A stretch of 34,683 nt of DNA from an uncultured Bacilli bacterium (GTDB taxonomy: Bacteria > Bacillota_I > Bacilli_A > RF39 > UBA660). The notes beneath the pieces were generated by a model. It saw nothing but the letters and a program-made list of their open reading frames with translations. It ran no database searches and was not told the origin of the DNA. Within the stretch, counting starts at the first letter, position 1. Each line of letters begins with the position of its first letter. Location of the stretch: positions 1 to 34,683 of the forward strand of contig CALVOQ010000003.1 in assembly GCA_944350335.1 (NCBI GenBank), given 5' to 3'. The translations under genes were made by a program, and so were the position numbers. Below are positions 19,284-29,460 of the stretch, one piece after another.

Positions 19284-19808
19284 TTAGTGACCATGACCTT
19301 CAATTCCAAAACATTTAGTAATAGGATCTAAAAAAATAAAGTTTTTTAATGGAAAATAAGTAAATGAAAAATACATAAATAACAATATTAAAATACCTAA
19401 AATCCCTATAAAGTTATAATTAAAATTGAATGATATGTTATTTAAATAATAGTTTAAAAAAATAGCTACAAAAAGTGAAAAAACAAATATGATTACATCA
19501 AGAATTAAAAAATGTTTTTTTGTTACTAATTTATATGAATAAAACAAAATTGGAATTAATAAGACAAATGCAAATAACGATAACATTTTATTAAACCAAA
19601 AATTAGCAATTTGACCATACAAAAAGTAATCAACAATAGTAAATATGAATAATGGAGTCAAACCTATCTTAATGTGTTCCCAAGTGCTCTCATTAACTGC
19701 AAAAAATATTGCTACAATTTTATTATGATTACATAGTTCATACAAAAAATGTCCAAGACCACCTAAAATTAGACAAAAAACAAAACTTATAATATAAAAT
19801 AATAACAT
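19284..19808 (-). CDS. Membrane protein, DUF6512-like
   Basis: HFLYE, VNESTWEH.K motif, about five hydrophobic segments. Confidence 0.65.
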   Translation of the reverse strand: MLLFYIISFVFCLILGGLGHFLYELCNHNKIVAIFFAVNESTWEHIKIGLTPLFIFTIVDYFLYGQIANFWFNKMLSLFAFVLLIPILFYSYKLVTKKHFLILDVIIFVFSLFVAIFLNYYLNNISFNFNYNFIGILGILILLFMYFSFTYFPLKNFIFLDPITKCFGIEGHGH

Positions 19809-19828
19809 ATTCCCACCATTAAATAATA

Positions 19829-20590
19829 TTAAAAACCATTTCCTTTTTTAACCTGAATTCGATATCCGATTTTTAATAACCACTTTGTACAAATAAATCT
19901 TTGAAAAAATATTCCTAATTTTATTGTAAAACCTGGTATAATTAACAATTTGTTCTTGAACATTTTTTCTACCGCGTACTTTGCAACATACTCACTACTT
20001 AAAGATTTCAAATTAAAAGAAGCTCCAGCTATCTCATTAAAGTTTGTATTAACTGGTCCAGGACATAATATAGATATATGCACATTGCTTCTATCTCTTC
20101 TATTTTCCTCATAAATACCTAAAGATAAACTCCTAACGTAACTTTTAGTAGCATAATAAGAACTCAAAAGTGGACCACCTGCCATTAATCCAGCTGATGA
20201 TGAAACATTTAAAATGTGTCCATCATTTTTTGTTTTCATGAGTTTATAAACTTCTTTGGTTAACCTATGAAGTGCAACAACATTAACTTTTAACATATTT
20301 AATTCTGAATTTATATCAGTTGCCAAAAAATTACCATACACACCAAAGCCAGCATTATTAACTAAAACATCAATATTTTCAGTTAAACATTTCGATATAA
20401 CTTTATCAACATCACTATCATTAGATAAGTCCGCAATTAAAATTTCCCCATTACCATTTAAATCTTTTAATAATTCGTTTAACTTTGATTCGCTTCTAGC
20501 AACTAAAATAACATAATATCCTTTTTTTGATAAACATCTCGCAATATCTCTTCCAATTCCAGAAGAAGCACCTGTAATTAAAGCTTTCAT
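19829..20590 (-). CDS. Short-chain dehydrogenase/reductase
   Basis: TGASSGIG, NNAGFG, YYATK, LCPGPV.T. Confidence 0.95.
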   Translation of the reverse strand: MKALITGASSGIGRDIARCLSKKGYYVILVARSESKLNELLKDLNGNGEILIADLSNDSDVDKVISKCLTENIDVLVNNAGFGVYGNFLATDINSELNMLKVNVVALHRLTKEVYKLMKTKNDGHILNVSSSAGLMAGGPLLSSYYATKSYVRSLSLGIYEENRRDRSNVHISILCPGPVNTNFNEIAGASFNLKSLSSEYVAKYAVEKMFKNKLLIIPGFTIKLGIFFQRFICTKWLLKIGYRIQVKKGNGF

Positions 20591-20664
20591 TCAATCATCT
20601 CCATAATAATTATATCATGAATTAAATGATAAAAAATGTCAATAATAATCATAGGTGATTAAAT

Positions 20665-21114
20665 ATGAGCAATCAAGATGAATTAATTATATATATACAC
20701 GAAAACATTAAAATGGGACTTTCAAGCACTACAAAATTAATAAAAATCCTAAAAAACAAAGACAATAAAATTAAAAAGGTTTTAGAAAGTTACATAAAAA
20801 CATATGAAAATTATCTGAAAAGAGCAAATTTATTAAAACAAAAATATAAAGTTAAAATAAACAAAAATAAAATAATGCAAAAATTCATGGCCAACGCCAT
20901 GATGGAAGAAGAAATAAAAAAAGATAATAGCGATAGTAAAATTGCCAACATATTAATACGTGGTTTTACAATGGGAGAAATTGATTTAGAAAAACGTATT
21001 AAGGATTATGCTGACAATTTAGATAAAAAAGAAAAAAACGACATTATAAATCTCGCAAAAGAATTACATGCTTTTAATAAAAGTAGTATAGTAGAACTTA
21101 AAAATTATCTATGA
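20665..21114 (+). CDS. Hypothetical helical (ferritin-like bundle?) protein
   Basis: 149-aa ORF with AGGTG RBS; N..MG and DS.IA..LI.G..MG repeated-helix pattern. Confidence 0.6.
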   Translation: MSNQDELIIYIHENIKMGLSSTTKLIKILKNKDNKIKKVLESYIKTYENYLKRANLLKQKYKVKINKNKIMQKFMANAMMEEEIKKDNSDSKIANILIRGFTMGEIDLEKRIKDYADNLDKKEKNDIINLAKELHAFNKSSIVELKNYL

Positions 21115-22895
21115 ACAATTTGCTTATAAAGTAATGGTATTATAACAGGTAAAGTAAATGTTAAAGGCAAAATATATCTAAAATATGTATTTGCAGGGCC
21201 TGCCACACAAGTTAAAAGTAGTACAAAACCAGGCATCAATGTAAATATATATTTTTTATTTTTATTCAAAATACACACGCATAACATAAACAAATATAGC
21301 CAAGTTGTAAACCCAATATTAACAATCAATCCTAAAAATGGAATTCTAGGGAAAGCATTACCAAAAGCACTTAATCCCTCTCTAATCAAATCCAAATCGT
21401 TAAAATGATAATCAAAACCAGCTTCTTCTAATTTAGTATTGTACTTATTATAAATATACCACTGAGTTGTGTTAGGATAAAAGTAACCATAAATATTATT
21501 TAGCGTTGCATCTATATAAATTATCGGCTCTTTAATTAAATATTTAAACCAAACCATAAAATATTGTGTTAAATCTTCACTTGTCGCATATTTATTGAAC
21601 TTATTTTTTACATCATCGCTTAAATTAGGATCATATCTCTCAGCTAACGAATCATAATCTAAGATTACATCAATAATTTTTCTATCTTCTGATGTAATTA
21701 TTTTATCTTTATATTTCACTAATCTCGCAGTTTGTTGAAAAGGAATTGACAACGCTTCTCTAACACTCGTACCTGTTATTTCAAAATAAGTTAACGTTTT
21801 ATTATACCCTATATAAGTAAGAATAGGTAAAACTAGCACTATACTTAAGCCAATCCTTTTATCTTTTAAAGCTATTATCATAAAAGGCACCACTAATAAT
21901 AAAATATATATACCATTATTTCTAAATAACATCATAAAAACTATTATTATAAAGAAAACCAAATAATCTTTTTTAGATACATCATATTTAATAAACTTAA
22001 AAATGTATATAACAAGTAACAATATAAAACAGGAAAAAATAACATCTTTAACCGTTGTCATAGCGTACATAGGAAAAACAGGAATTAAAGCAAATATTAA
22101 TAAAGAAGTTAATAAATATTTAGTTTTAATACCTTGCTTATACATAAAACTAATAGCATAAGAAAAAGTAAAAATTACAAAAGAAACCTGAATTATACTA
22201 TATAAAAACAAACCAAAATTAACACTACCCAAATTATAACCCAACTTAAATAAACCGCCTAGCAATAAAGTATGTAAGACGGGATTAAAATTAGTAATAA
22301 AAACGTCCTCATTAATTAGTACTACACTATCCATATATCTAGTATGAACACCCATTACTTCTTTTATTTGGTTAGCAGCATCATAATTTATAACAGCAGG
22401 GTAATAAATTATCATATATGGTACATAGCATATAAATAGTATAATTAAAGAAAATAGAAATGGATGTTTTTCAAAAGTTTTAACAAAACTATTTTTATGC
22501 TTGAACTCTTTAAAATTATAACTAATAATAAAATTATAAATAACATTTAAAGTAACATTAAAAAATACAAAATAACCTATTAATTTTAAGCAACATAAGA
22601 AAAATAGAAAAAAACTACCAACAATAAGTTCGTTACTATTAGTAACATCAAAACTATAACCTATTACCATAAAAAGACTAAAAAGAAAAGCTAAAACAAT
22701 AAAAGTTCGTCTATATTTTAAATTAAACAAATACTTTTTATAATAAATAAACATAAAAATAATAAACACCAAATATAATAAAAATGAATTATTGTTTTGC
22801 GTAAATACTAATCCTGATAAATTAACTGGCGTAATAAATGATACAGTTGTTAATAAAGATACTAAAACTAACAAAATAAATCTATTTTTTTTCAT
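21105..22895 (-). CDS. Polytopic membrane protein, DUF6020-like / putative GT-C glycosyltransferase
   Basis: About 12 TM segments, YYP....D...Q, KD..FS, FRNNG, LSIPFQQTAR, RY..P; ATG 22895 behind AAGGAG. Confidence 0.7.
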   Translation of the reverse strand: MKKNRFILLVLVSLLTTVSFITPVNLSGLVFTQNNNSFLLYLVFIIFMFIYYKKYLFNLKYRRTFIVLAFLFSLFMVIGYSFDVTNSNELIVGSFFLFFLCCLKLIGYFVFFNVTLNVIYNFIISYNFKEFKHKNSFVKTFEKHPFLFSLIILFICYVPYMIIYYPAVINYDAANQIKEVMGVHTRYMDSVVLINEDVFITNFNPVLHTLLLGGLFKLGYNLGSVNFGLFLYSIIQVSFVIFTFSYAISFMYKQGIKTKYLLTSLLIFALIPVFPMYAMTTVKDVIFSCFILLLVIYIFKFIKYDVSKKDYLVFFIIIVFMMLFRNNGIYILLLVVPFMIIALKDKRIGLSIVLVLPILTYIGYNKTLTYFEITGTSVREALSIPFQQTARLVKYKDKIITSEDRKIIDVILDYDSLAERYDPNLSDDVKNKFNKYATSEDLTQYFMVWFKYLIKEPIIYIDATLNNIYGYFYPNTTQWYIYNKYNTKLEEAGFDYHFNDLDLIREGLSAFGNAFPRIPFLGLIVNIGFTTWLYLFMLCVCILNKNKKYIFTLMPGFVLLLTCVAGPANTYFRYILPLTFTLPVIIPLLYKQIVHR

Positions 22896-23325
22896 AAATC
22901 TCCTTTTTAACAAATATAAACTTTTTTTGAACAAAATAATTTATTACAAAAATTATAACATCAACAGGAATTTTAATCAAAGTTTCGTTAAAATTAGTCA
23001 ATAAATATAAACATTGCACACTCAACAAAGAAGCAAACATTTGGAGTACGGCTAAAGTATAATATTTCACCAAATTTTTATTTTCAATTGCTTTTTTATT
23101 GCTTTGAAAAACAACATTACCATTTAATAAGTAGTTAACAAATGAACTTAATATTCTAGCAAATATAGTTGCTAAAACTACAAAATAAGTTTCAAAATAC
23201 TCCTTTAACAAAAACGAAAATATTGAAAAAAGAACAATGTCTATAGCAAATGAAATACCTGCAGAAAACAAATATTTTATAAATATTTTATATTTTTTAT
23301 AATTTTTACAAATAATCTCTATCAT
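22882..23325 (-). CDS. GtrA-family flippase-like protein
   Basis: FIKYL......ID, NY..N...VF, NYFVQKKFIF; four TM segments. Confidence 0.85.
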   Translation of the reverse strand: MIEIICKNYKKYKIFIKYLFSAGISFAIDIVLFSIFSFLLKEYFETYFVVLATIFARILSSFVNYLLNGNVVFQSNKKAIENKNLVKYYTLAVLQMFASLLSVQCLYLLTNFNETLIKIPVDVIIFVINYFVQKKFIFVKKEIYEKK

Positions 23326-23665
23326 CCAATTCTTTAACCTTCTTATTTAATATAGCCATTTCCTGTGTTAATGCAACAATTTTTTCATTCTGCCTAGATA
23401 TTATGGAAGTAAGTACAAATGTAATTATCATCAATAACACAAAACCTATTAAAAATACCATATTACTTGGAGCCTCAAAACCAAGAAACTTTGATACATA
23501 AAAAACCTGATTATGAAATAACAAACTTATAAATATCATAAAAACAAATGTAATCCATAATAACGAATATTTTAACGACATCTTATTCTTTTTAATAACT
23601 AAAAATACTAATATTAAAAGAAATAAACATAAAATTGATAAAAATACAATTAAACTAGTCTTCAT
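23306..23665 (-). CDS. DUF2304 family membrane protein
   Basis: KYSLLW, LGFE.PSN, L.QE.A.L; follows a GT2 gene. Confidence 0.8.
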   Translation of the reverse strand: MKTSLIVFLSILCLFLLILVFLVIKKNKMSLKYSLLWITFVFMIFISLLFHNQVFYVSKFLGFEAPSNMVFLIGFVLLMIITFVLTSIISRQNEKIVALTQEMAILNKKVKELDDRDYL

Positions 23666-24380
23666 ATTCTTTCTCCTTTTCAGTACTAATGCCAGAAATA
23701 ATAATTGCTAGCGAAACTTTAATCATATAGTAAATTGATTTAAATGCATTAATTGAACTCACCCCATTTTTTCTCTCATTCATTTTGACAGGTATTTCAA
23801 TTACTTTATAACCTTTTTTTAACACTGTAACTATTGTATCCGGTTCAGGATAATCAATAGGATATTTACTAGCAAATAATTCTATCAACTTCCTATTACA
23901 ACCTCTAAAGCCACTTGTAGGGTCTGTTATTTTCTTTTTAGTAAATACTTTAATTAAAAAAGACAATATAGATTTGCCAAATCTTCGCAATTTAGTTGAT
24001 TTAAATTCACTTATTTGATTAATAAATCTTGATCCAATTACCAAATCAACGCCTTTTTCTAGTTCTGATATTAATGGTTCAATATATTTTGCATTATGCT
24101 GACCATCACCATCAAATTGAATAGCATAATCATACTCATTATATAATGCATACTTATATCCAGTTTGAACTGCACCACCAATACCTAAATTTAATGGTAA
24201 ACTTATATAATTAAAACTATTATCAACACATACTTGTTCTGTTTTGTCTTTTGAACAATCATTTATAACAACATAATCAACTATGCAATAGTCACTTTCA
24301 ATAGTTTTAACTGAATTTACAGTATCAATGATGTTTTTTTCTTCATTATAAGCTGGTATTATAATTAATAACTTCTTCAT
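23655..24380 (-). CDS. Glycosyltransferase family 2 (polyprenol-phosphate glycosyltransferase-like)
   Basis: IIPAYNEE, INDCSKD, NLGIGGAVQTG, QFDGDGQH, DPTSGFR; ATG 24380 behind AGGTG. Confidence 0.92.
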   Translation of the reverse strand: MKKLLIIIPAYNEEKNIIDTVNSVKTIESDYCIVDYVVINDCSKDKTEQVCVDNSFNYISLPLNLGIGGAVQTGYKYALYNEYDYAIQFDGDGQHNAKYIEPLISELEKGVDLVIGSRFINQISEFKSTKLRRFGKSILSFLIKVFTKKKITDPTSGFRGCNRKLIELFASKYPIDYPEPDTIVTVLKKGYKVIEIPVKMNERKNGVSSINAFKSIYYMIKVSLAIIISGISTEKEKEYED

Positions 24381-24496
24381 ACAAACACCTACAAGACATT
24401 CTACCACAAATAATAGATAAAGTCTAACGCGTGATTTTGACATAACTATAATAATTTGATAAGATTAAAAATATACTATAAGTAATAGGTGATTAC

Positions 24497-25138
24497 ATGA
24501 TATCAAAATATATTATCATTTTCTTCATATATTCAGTATTAGGTTATATATGCGAAGTGATTAATTGTTGGATCGTAAGTAAAAAATTAAAAGATCGCGG
24601 ATTTTTATTAGGACCTTATTGTCCAATATATGGAGTAGGCGCAGTTTTATTAACTCTTTTACTTACCAAATATAAAAATGACTTTTTGATTCTATTTTCA
24701 ACATCGATATTAATATGTGGTATTTTAGAATATTTTACCAGTTATTTACTAGAAAAAATATTTAATATGCGATGGTGGGATTACTCAAAACGAAAACTTA
24801 ATATTAATGGTAGAGTATGTCTTGAAACACTTATGCTATTTGGAATCGGTAGCATCATAATTATTCAATTTATAAACCCATTACTAATAAACTTAATATC
24901 AAAAATAAACATTAACATTATTCACATATTAGCTTTTATAATCAGTAGTATAATAATAATTGATTTAATAATATCATTAAATATCGCAAGCAATTTCAAG
25001 AAAATTGCAAAAAAAGCAAAAAAAGATTCAACTGATGATATAAAAGATTATATTCAAAAACATATTCTTAACAAATACTTATACAAAAGACTACTAAATG
25101 CATTCCCAAACTTAAAACACCTAAAAAATAAAAAATAG
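24497..25138 (+). CDS. Putative ABC transporter permease (CmpB/DUF1113-like membrane protein)
   Basis: RGFL.GP.CPIYG.G, RWWDYS....NINGRVCL motifs. Confidence 0.85.
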   Translation: MISKYIIIFFIYSVLGYICEVINCWIVSKKLKDRGFLLGPYCPIYGVGAVLLTLLLTKYKNDFLILFSTSILICGILEYFTSYLLEKIFNMRWWDYSKRKLNINGRVCLETLMLFGIGSIIIIQFINPLLINLISKININIIHILAFIISSIIIIDLIISLNIASNFKKIAKKAKKDSTDDIKDYIQKHILNKYLYKRLLNAFPNLKHLKNKK

Positions 25139-25201
25139 TTTATTTATTACTAAAAATATTATATTATAGACTTATTATTTTGTTTTTTGGGGGCAAAACT
25201 T

Positions 25202-25609
25202 ATGAATAATATCAGACATAAATATCCATATTTAAATTTACTAGTAACAATCAACAGTAGAATTGTAGGGAATATTAATACTTCTAATTTGAGATTTACA
25301 GATGAAACCGATTTAGGGCACTTGAATAACATAGTAAAGTCGATCTTTCATAGTTTAATAGTACAAAACAAAAATGAAGCATTATTAACACTATTAAATT
25401 CTAGTGGACATTTACTATATTACCAGCCCTTTTTTGATGGTAATAGTAGAACGATTAAAATATTTATAAAACTAATTTTAAACAAACTGAAATTTAATTT
25501 TAAATATGAACTCGATGCACACCTTATTCCTATGCTCTTTGATGGTGAAAATTGTACAAATGAAGACATAATAAAATTCAAAAAAAACGTAAACTTATCT
25601 ATAAAATAA
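25202..25609 (+). CDS. Short degenerate Fic/Doc-like protein
   Basis: YQPFFDGNSRT resembles HPFxDGNGR; start uncertain (TTG 25187 or ATG 25202). Confidence 0.55.
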   Translation: MNNIRHKYPYLNLLVTINSRIVGNINTSNLRFTDETDLGHLNNIVKSIFHSLIVQNKNEALLTLLNSSGHLLYYQPFFDGNSRTIKIFIKLILNKLKFNFKYELDAHLIPMLFDGENCTNEDIIKFKKNVNLSIK

Positions 25610-26100
25610 ATTATTGAGCATTTGAAAATCATCAAACGTTTTTCATTTAATATAACTAATTTATACTTGTATTTAATTAATACTTTTAGTCTTTACTATT
25701 TCTGACTTTACCAACAATAATTTTTGTGTTAAAGGGTTAACACAATACTAATAATAAAAAGCATTACTATAATTTTTAAATTATAAAGCTAAACAAAGAA
25801 CTGTTCGTTCCACAGAAATTTAAAATTTTAAACACAAACATTTAAATAACAATAAAGTTTTAGAAGTAAGTTATGAAAAAATAGCAATGGAAAAAACAAA
25901 AAAAATAACAGACGTACCTATAAATAACGTATGGATTTTCTATTCGCTAATATTTTAACACTACTATTCAGCATTAAAAACTGATTATTAGTTATAATCC
26001 CCCTATTCCTTACTTCATCTTCTAACATCAATAATTATAAAATATATACATCATGAGGAATCAAGTTCATAATAATTTTATTATTAAAATGTACATTAGT

Positions 26101-26418
26101 TTAACTAATACTATAACTACCATCATTATTTAATGTAAATAAAGTTTTTCAGTGTAAGTTTCTCCGACTGATTCATAATTACCAAGATCTCTAAACATTG
26201 TCATCTCTCAATAAAAACTATCACTTCTACATAAATATTCATCAATAGCGCTTTTATTAATATTTTTACAAATGCACATCTTCAGATATTTCTGGTTTGG
26301 TTAGTGTATTTTTTGTATTGCTTGTTTCACCCCATTTAAATATAAAATAACTTGCTATTAAACAGACAACAAAACTTATGATTACAGTTATAGAAAATAT
26401 TTGAACTTTTTTATACAA
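26101..26418 (-). pseudogene. Frameshifted remnant of a membrane-anchored/secreted protein gene
   Basis: AAGGAG + TTG opens MYKKVQIFSITVIISFVVCLIASYFIFKWG... (50 aa, stop at 26266); protein-like fragments continue in other frames. Confidence 0.4.
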
Positions 26419-26553
26419 AAAACTCCTTTAATTATTTATTATAAACACTCAGCTTAGATAATTTACTTAACTAAGTGTTTATTAATTAAGTGTACAAAAC
26501 CACTTTAAAACAGACAATATTTTGTCTGCTCTATTCATCGTTTTTTATCTTTA

Positions 26554-27825
26554 TTACCACTCTTTTTTAACATTTAGCAATTCTTTTATGTATCCCACTA
26601 GACAACTAGGAGCTAAGATAAAAGCATAAAATAAAGCATAAAATATAAAAGCAAGAAAACTTCTTCTTTTCAATTTACAATTAACTTCCTTAAATACATT
26701 TCTTCTTTTTATTTCTATTACAAAGCATAAAATTAGACCAAGTAATATTACTATTAAAGTAAGAATTCCCATGAATAAGTGATTATTAAATAGTAAAAAA
26801 ATTATTCCCAAAGGTACAAATATTAAAAGTGCTAAATCTATAAATGGAAATAGCGTATTCATACACATCAAAAATTTAGATTTTTTACTTAATTTTTTAG
26901 AAGTTATAATACGTACTTTTTTAAATGCTTCAATCATTCCTCTGGCCCATCGTTTTCTTTGCTTAAACAAACAATTAAATGATTCTGGAACTTCAGTAAA
27001 GGCAATCGCATTTTTAGCAAAGTTAATTTTATATCCTTTAGATAACAATTCCCATGTTAAAACAATATCTTCACCAATACAATTTTGCCAACCACAGTTA
27101 GCCTTTATAATATTTGTTTTATAAGCACTAAAAGCGCCTTGTGCTACTAAAGTAGAATCATAACTTCCTTGATATAGTTTTACTCCAAAAATTCCTAATG
27201 TATAATCCCATTGTTGCAATTTTGTTACAAAATTCTTTTTATCATTTTGAACAATTATAGTTCCAGCAGTTGCAGCAACATCTTTTTTTGAGTTTTCCAA
27301 TTTGTCTATAATATTTTGAACTGCTAACGGATGCATAATTGTATCACTATCAAGAGTTATAAAATACTTTGTTTTGACATATGTTAAACCAACATTTAAA
27401 GCATAAGATTTACCACTATGCTTTATTTTTAATATTGTAATATCAAAACAACAATTCATTTTCTTTAATAATTCTAAGGAATTGTCAGTTGATCCATCAT
27501 CAATTACTATAATATGGATTTGACCACAATATTTTTGCTTAATTATTGATTTTATTGTTCTTTCTATACAATGTGAAGCATTATACATTGGTATTAATAT
27601 TGTTACATCACAATTGCTTTTATTACATACTTTTCTTTCTTTTTTAGTAAATAATATACTCATTAAAGTAAACATATAAATAAAACTTGGTATAAGAGCT
27701 ACAAAAACTACAATATATATTGCTAAAGGATAATTGAAATAAGCTGCTATTTCATGAATCCAATTAATGTTAATAAAAGTTGCAAATATAAGATAAATAA
27801 GTGAAATAATAAATACTACAAACAT
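26554..27825 (-). CDS. Processive GT2 glycosyltransferase, IcaA/PgaC-like
   Basis: DDGSTD, GKS.ALN, DSD, GED, QRKRW motifs with N- and C-terminal TM helices. Confidence 0.88.
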   Translation of the reverse strand: MFVVFIISLIYLIFATFININWIHEIAAYFNYPLAIYIVVFVALIPSFIYMFTLMSILFTKKERKVCNKSNCDVTILIPMYNASHCIERTIKSIIKQKYCGQIHIIVIDDGSTDNSLELLKKMNCCFDITILKIKHSGKSYALNVGLTYVKTKYFITLDSDTIMHPLAVQNIIDKLENSKKDVAATAGTIIVQNDKKNFVTKLQQWDYTLGIFGVKLYQGSYDSTLVAQGAFSAYKTNIIKANCGWQNCIGEDIVLTWELLSKGYKINFAKNAIAFTEVPESFNCLFKQRKRWARGMIEAFKKVRIITSKKLSKKSKFLMCMNTLFPFIDLALLIFVPLGIIFLLFNNHLFMGILTLIVILLGLILCFVIEIKRRNVFKEVNCKLKRRSFLAFIFYALFYAFILAPSCLVGYIKELLNVKKEW

Positions 27826-27914
27826 TCTATCACCCCACTGTATCTTATGAAGTTAAGAAAGTAAGGTGTCGGTTTTTAAAACAGAGAATATTATATAATG
27901 GAGACGAATTACTT

Positions 27915-28700
27915 ATGAAATATAAAACGCCTTTATTTATTTTAATTTTTTTGATAACTATAATTTTTTTATTTATTACTTTAAAACCACTTCAAAAAAA
28001 TATTGATATACCTATACTTTTATATCACGATTTTACACTTATTCTTCCTGATGAAGATCCTGATAATTTCAATTATATAAACACTCCAAAAAGTTTTGAA
28101 GAAAATATTAAAACATTATTAGATAATGGTTATACATTTTTATCATTTAAAGACTTAAATGATGCTTACCTAAATAAAAAAGATTTACCTAATAAACCAA
28201 TTTTATTAACTTTTGATGATGGGTATTATAGTAATTATGAATATATTTTTCCTCTTTTAAAAAAATATAATATAAAAGCAGCAATTTTTATTGTTACTGA
28301 TAATATTGGAAAAACTATTGATGATAAAAAATATTTAACTTGGGAACAATGCCAAGAAATGTATAATAGTAACTTAGTAGAAATTTTTAGTCATAGCACA
28401 AGACATGTTTTTTATGATAAATTACCAGTATATGAATTACAAAAAGATGTTTTAAAATCTTATGAAATAATTGAAAAAAACTTAGGAAAACAAGAATTAA
28501 AAGTATTTGCTTATCCCCATGGAGCATATACTGATGAAAGTATTTTAGTTTTAAGATTAAACGATATTGATATGCAAGTCTATGATATAGGTGTAAATAA
28601 TTTTAAAAACTTTAATAAAAACTATATAAAAAGAATTAATATTCCTTGTGAAATGACGGGAAAAGAAATTATAGAAGAAATTAATTCTTCAAATTATTAA
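27915..28700 (+). CDS. Polysaccharide deacetylase (CE4, IcaB/PgaB-like), N-terminally anchored
   Basis: PILLYH, LTFDDGY, SHS..H, AYPHG; N-terminal hydrophobic segment. Confidence 0.92.
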   Translation: MKYKTPLFILIFLITIIFLFITLKPLQKNIDIPILLYHDFTLILPDEDPDNFNYINTPKSFEENIKTLLDNGYTFLSFKDLNDAYLNKKDLPNKPILLTFDDGYYSNYEYIFPLLKKYNIKAAIFIVTDNIGKTIDDKKYLTWEQCQEMYNSNLVEIFSHSTRHVFYDKLPVYELQKDVLKSYEIIEKNLGKQELKVFAYPHGAYTDESILVLRLNDIDMQVYDIGVNNFKNFNKNYIKRINIPCEMTGKEIIEEINSSNY

Positions 28701-28812
28701 TCAATTTTTCATTAGTCATATTTTTCTACTAAATATTTTATTATTTTATCTCTCTTCTAAGATAAAATAAAAACCATAGAAACCCATGGTTTGTATGGTC
28801 AAATATATGTTT

Positions 28813-28832
28813 ACTCCAAATAATTTTGGAGT
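28813..28832. terminator. Hairpin downstream of tRNA-Trp
   Basis: ACTCCAAA-TAAT-TTTGGAGT inverted repeat; further hairpins at 28741-28770 and 28771-28792. Confidence 0.45.
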
Positions 28833-28839
28833 TATTAAC

Positions 28840-28915
<76 letters not shown>

Positions 28916-28929
28916 AACATGGCAAAAAA

Positions 28930-28958
28930 ATTATAACACATATATTTTCTTTTTTCAA
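28930..28958 (-). promoter_or_regulatory. sigma-A-type promoter of tRNA-Trp
   Basis: TTGAAA-17 nt-TATAAT with TG extended -10. Confidence 0.7.
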
Positions 28959-29012
28959 TCAAACTAAAAACATTTTATAATAAATTACATATTATTTATT
29001 AGGTGATAAAAA

Positions 29013-29435
29013 ATGTTAATAAATTATACTGAAAAAGAACTAGATTTATGTGCTAGATTAATGCGCTCAGAAGCACTCAGCGAAGGAGATCTAGGCATGC
29101 TAATGGTAGGAAATGTAATAGTTAATCGGGTTTTAGCAGACTGTATGACATTTTCAAACTTAAGAACTATAACAGATGTAATATATCAAAAAAACCAATT
29201 TAGCGGAATAAACAGTTCGCTATTTTATAGTTCATCTACAACAAAAGAAAAATCTTTGGCAAAAAGAGTCTTAAAAGGAGAATACTATCATCCTGCTACA
29301 AATTCATTATGGTTTTATGCTCCAGGAAATAATACTGCTTGCAAAAGTACTTGGTATGATCAAAACTTCTCGGGTCGATACAAAAGTCATTGCTTTTATG
29401 AACCTGATCCCGGAATTTGTAAAGATTTACACTAA
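29013..29435 (+). CDS. cwlJ: Spore cortex-lytic enzyme CwlJ (Hydrolase_2)
   Basis: ARLMRSEA..EG..GML.VGNV..NR...C..F..LRTI...IYQ and SLWF...C...WY.Q....R.KSHCFY.P match the CwlJ pattern; no signal peptide. Confidence 0.88.
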   Translation: MLINYTEKELDLCARLMRSEALSEGDLGMLMVGNVIVNRVLADCMTFSNLRTITDVIYQKNQFSGINSSLFYSSSTTKEKSLAKRVLKGEYYHPATNSLWFYAPGNNTACKSTWYDQNFSGRYKSHCFYEPDPGICKDLH

Positions 29436-29460
29436 AAAATGTGAAATATATTCACATTTT
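29436..29460. terminator. Bidirectional terminator cwlJ/fic
   Basis: AAAATGTGAA-ATATA-TTCACATTTT perfect 10-bp stem at convergent gene ends. Confidence 0.65.

Noticed and set aside
20610-20650. sigma-G-like promoter before the 149-aa gene
   Set aside because: TGAATT-17-AATAATA is only a loose match and too easily found by chance.
3441-28720. ATTAGTCATA recurring in three intergenic regions (3441 minus, 9717, 28711)
   Set aside because: An AT-rich 10-mer picked post hoc, with inconsistent position relative to genes; chance cannot be excluded.
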